Below, one piece after another: positions 34,024-35,818 of a DNA stretch of 35,818 bases; position 1 is the stretch's first letter, and every line of letters begins with the position of its first letter. The stretch is from a virus (taxonomy: Duplodnaviria > Caudoviricetes). A program made the translations under genes and the position numbers. The notes below the pieces were generated by a model that was not told where the DNA came from, ran no database searches, and was given only the letters and a program-made list of their open reading frames with translations. The stretch is from the IMG/VR virus record IMGVR_UViG_3300014613_000057, positions 1 through 35,818 of that record; one strand, given 5' to 3'.

Positions 34024-34223
34024 TAATTGGATATAAAAAGAAGTATTTTATTCAATGTCGTGGTCAAGAAAGAGAGGTTTCCGAAGAAGAATTCATAGAA
34101 GCAGAACGAGCAGCTGGTTTTTATCCAAAACGTGGATGTGGTCCAGTTGCTACAGGAGGTTTCTCTGGTCGTTATGGTCTGTGTGGACGAGTTGAATATA
34201 CAAAAGACGGAGGAGAAAAATAA
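34020..34223 (+). CDS. Hypothetical protein
   Basis: EVSEEEFIEAERAAGF...ATGGFS; coupled at both ends. Confidence 0.7.
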   Translation: MIIGYKKKYFIQCRGQEREVSEEEFIEAERAAGFYPKRGCGPVATGGFSGRYGLCGRVEYTKDGGEK

Positions 34224-34360
34224 TGAATTACATTTACTTTATTCTTGGAGCTTTTGCCGGAGTAATGATAATGAGTCTTGTGTCTCACTTTAAAGATGAT
34301 TATAAACAAGGTTATATAGACGGGTTTAAAAAGGGGAAAGGTTATGACTCAAATTCTTAA
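34223..34360 (+). CDS. 45-aa membrane protein
   Basis: MNYIYFILGAFAGVMIMSLV...YKQGYIDG; TAATG overlap. Confidence 0.6.
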   Translation: MNYIYFILGAFAGVMIMSLVSHFKDDYKQGYIDGFKKGKGYDSNS

Positions 34361-34622
34361 AGAGATTAATTATTCTAAATTGACTTGGAAATGGCAACAC
34401 CGTCTACAAAGATATAAAATTTTTGTAACAAAAGATGGGTTTCTTTGTCAAGAATGTGGCGGGGGTGGCGAACTTCTATATGACCGCATTGATTGGCACG
34501 ACCTCTATGAAGTTTGCGGTTGGTGTGAAGGAACAGGCAAAGTTACTCGCTGGCGTAGAGGCGCATGGCTTAGATTAAAAAAGGAAGATAAAAAAGATGC
34601 AAAAACTCGTAAAAATAGATAA
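34344..34622 (+). CDS. DnaJ-type zinc-finger protein
   Basis: CQECGGGG and CGWCEGTG (CxxCxGxG twice). Confidence 0.75.
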   Translation: MTQILKEINYSKLTWKWQHRLQRYKIFVTKDGFLCQECGGGGELLYDRIDWHDLYEVCGWCEGTGKVTRWRRGAWLRLKKEDKKDAKTRKNR

Positions 34623-35818
34623 AATTAAAATAGGTACTCGTGCTCGAAGAGACTTGGGAGATATAGTTTCCCTCGCTAAGGGTATCCTTGCTACTAAGGG
34701 ACTCCAATGTAATGATGTATTTATAGACACAGACTATATTCTGATTGCTGGCGAGCGACGAATTCGAGCATATACTCTTCTCTCTAATGGTGATGTAGGG
34801 GTTTGGGATGAACACACACCTACTGAGGAGGAAAAGAATTTCTTTCTCTCCATTCCGTGTATTGTCAAGAAACGTGAAGAACTTAAAGAAGAAGACTACC
34901 TACGTTTTGAACTCTTAGAAAACCTCTCTCGCAAAGACTTTCTATGGCATGAACTTGCAGGGTTAGTAGATTCCTTTCATATACTTTGTCAACGACAATA
35001 CGGAAAGGCATCAGCAGGTGCAACTAAAACTGGTTGGGGAATTAGAGACACTGCTAAAGAACTTGGGATGAATCCAGCAGATGTGGTGCATTATATAAAA
35101 CTTGCTAAGGGTTTGCAAACTTCTCCAGATTTGAAAGACATCAAACAAAAAAGCAAAGCACTTACTAAACTCAAGCGACTTGAAATTCAAGATATTGCTA
35201 ATTGGTTGGAACTTGAGGATTATCAAGATTCAGATATAAGACTTGTAACAGGAGACTCCAAAGTTGTTTTGAAAGACATTCCTGATGAATCAGTAGATTT
35301 AATTATTACTGACCCACCTTGGGGGATAGAACTTGAAGATAATGTTCACCAAGAAAGAGATAAAACTTACGTTCAATATGATAAAGACTACAACACCATG
35401 GACACTCTTGAAATTCTTATGGAGTGTTTTAGTAAACTCAAACCAAACTGTGGGATATATATGTTTTACTCTGCCTTTCCTGAAAAAGTAATTGAGGGTC
35501 AGCAATTCCTCACAGCAGTAGGCTTTTCCATTGAACGAATTCCTTTAATTTGGTATAAAAAACATATTCTTTCACATAATTCAGGAGAGACAAGACATTA
35601 TTTGAACTATGAAATTATTCTTTATGGTTGGAAAGGTGAACGACCAATGTTTGAAAATGGAAAAACTTCCCGGAATGTGTTTGAACATCAAGTTCCTTAT
35701 CAGAATAGAATTCATTCAGCAGAGAAACCAGTAAGTCTTTTGAGTGAATTAATTCTTTTAAACACTAAAGAAAATGATTTTGTACTTGACCCATTTGGTG
35801 GTAGTTGTAATGTTGCAG
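34597..35818 (+). CDS. ParB-like domain + HTH + N6/N4 DNA methyltransferase (beta class) fusion, truncated at window end
   Basis: Not in the ORF track. My translation from ATG 34597: LIAGERRIRA, ENL.RKD (ParB), DTAKELGM (HTH), DLIITDPPW (motif IV), H..EKP, VLDPFGGS (motif I). Confidence 0.9.
   Translation, partial: MQKLVKIDKIKIGTRARRDLGDIVSLAKGILATKGLQCNDVFIDTDYILIAGERRIRAYTLLSNGDVGVWDEHTPTEEEKNFFLSIPCIVKKREELKEEDYLRFELLENLSRKDFLWHELAGLVDSFHILCQRQYGKASAGATKTGWGIRDTAKELGMNPADVVHYIKLAKGLQTSPDLKDIKQKSKALTKLKRLEIQDIANWLELEDYQDSDIRLVTGDSKVVLKDIPDESVDLIITDPPWGIELEDNVHQERDKTYVQYDKDYNTMDTLEILMECFSKLKPNCGIYMFYSAFPEKVIEGQQFLTAVGFSIERIPLIWYKKHILSHNSGETRHYLNYEIILYGWKGERPMFENGKTSRNVFEHQVPYQNRIHSAEKPVSLLSELILLNTKENDFVLDPFGGSCNVA

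Noticed and set aside
25261-35505. - strand ORFs in the right arm (e.g. 26464-26805, 28895-29212, 34570-34815, 35299-35505)
   Set aside because: Antisense to coupled + strand genes, including the unlisted ParB-MTase.
1-35818. Alternative genetic code or stop-codon reassignment
   Set aside because: TAA, TAG and TGA all end genes at sensible coupled junctions, and long genes are intact in code 11.

Overview
Fragment of a tailed dsDNA phage (Caudoviricetes, podovirus-like head module) infecting a Gram-negative host. Positions 1-20936 form one leftward (- strand) late operon: putative terS, terL, portal, scaffold, cement and major capsid, then a 690-aa coiled-coil head-fibre-like protein, a methyltransferase plus two glycosyltransferases, two beta-helix tailspikes, a divergent AdoMet-decarboxylase homologue, a full lysis cassette (holin, GH24 endolysin, i-/o-spanin) and a truncated head-tail adaptor. 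Positions ~20940-25240 are AT-rich and regulatory: sigma54-type -24/-12 elements, IHF-like sites, an origin/terminus-like nested inverted repeat and a leftward array of small genes separated by repeated hairpin/RBS modules. From 25241 to the end is a rightward early/middle region: many small ORFs, Sak4-like AAA ATPase, SSB-like protein, HTH, PD-(D/E)XK nuclease and a ParB-DNA methyltransferase fusion. The best leads are (i) a candidate virion-fibre glycosylation/methylation locus inside the capsid operon, (ii) a ~157-nt oversized tRNA-like cloverleaf RNA whose 3' end is duplicated around a gene cassette, (iii) apparent sigma54/IHF control of phage operons, (iv) an AdoMetDC homologue with replaced processing and substrate residues, and (v) a dispersed AT palindrome. 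All family assignments come from motif recognition by eye; no database searches were run.
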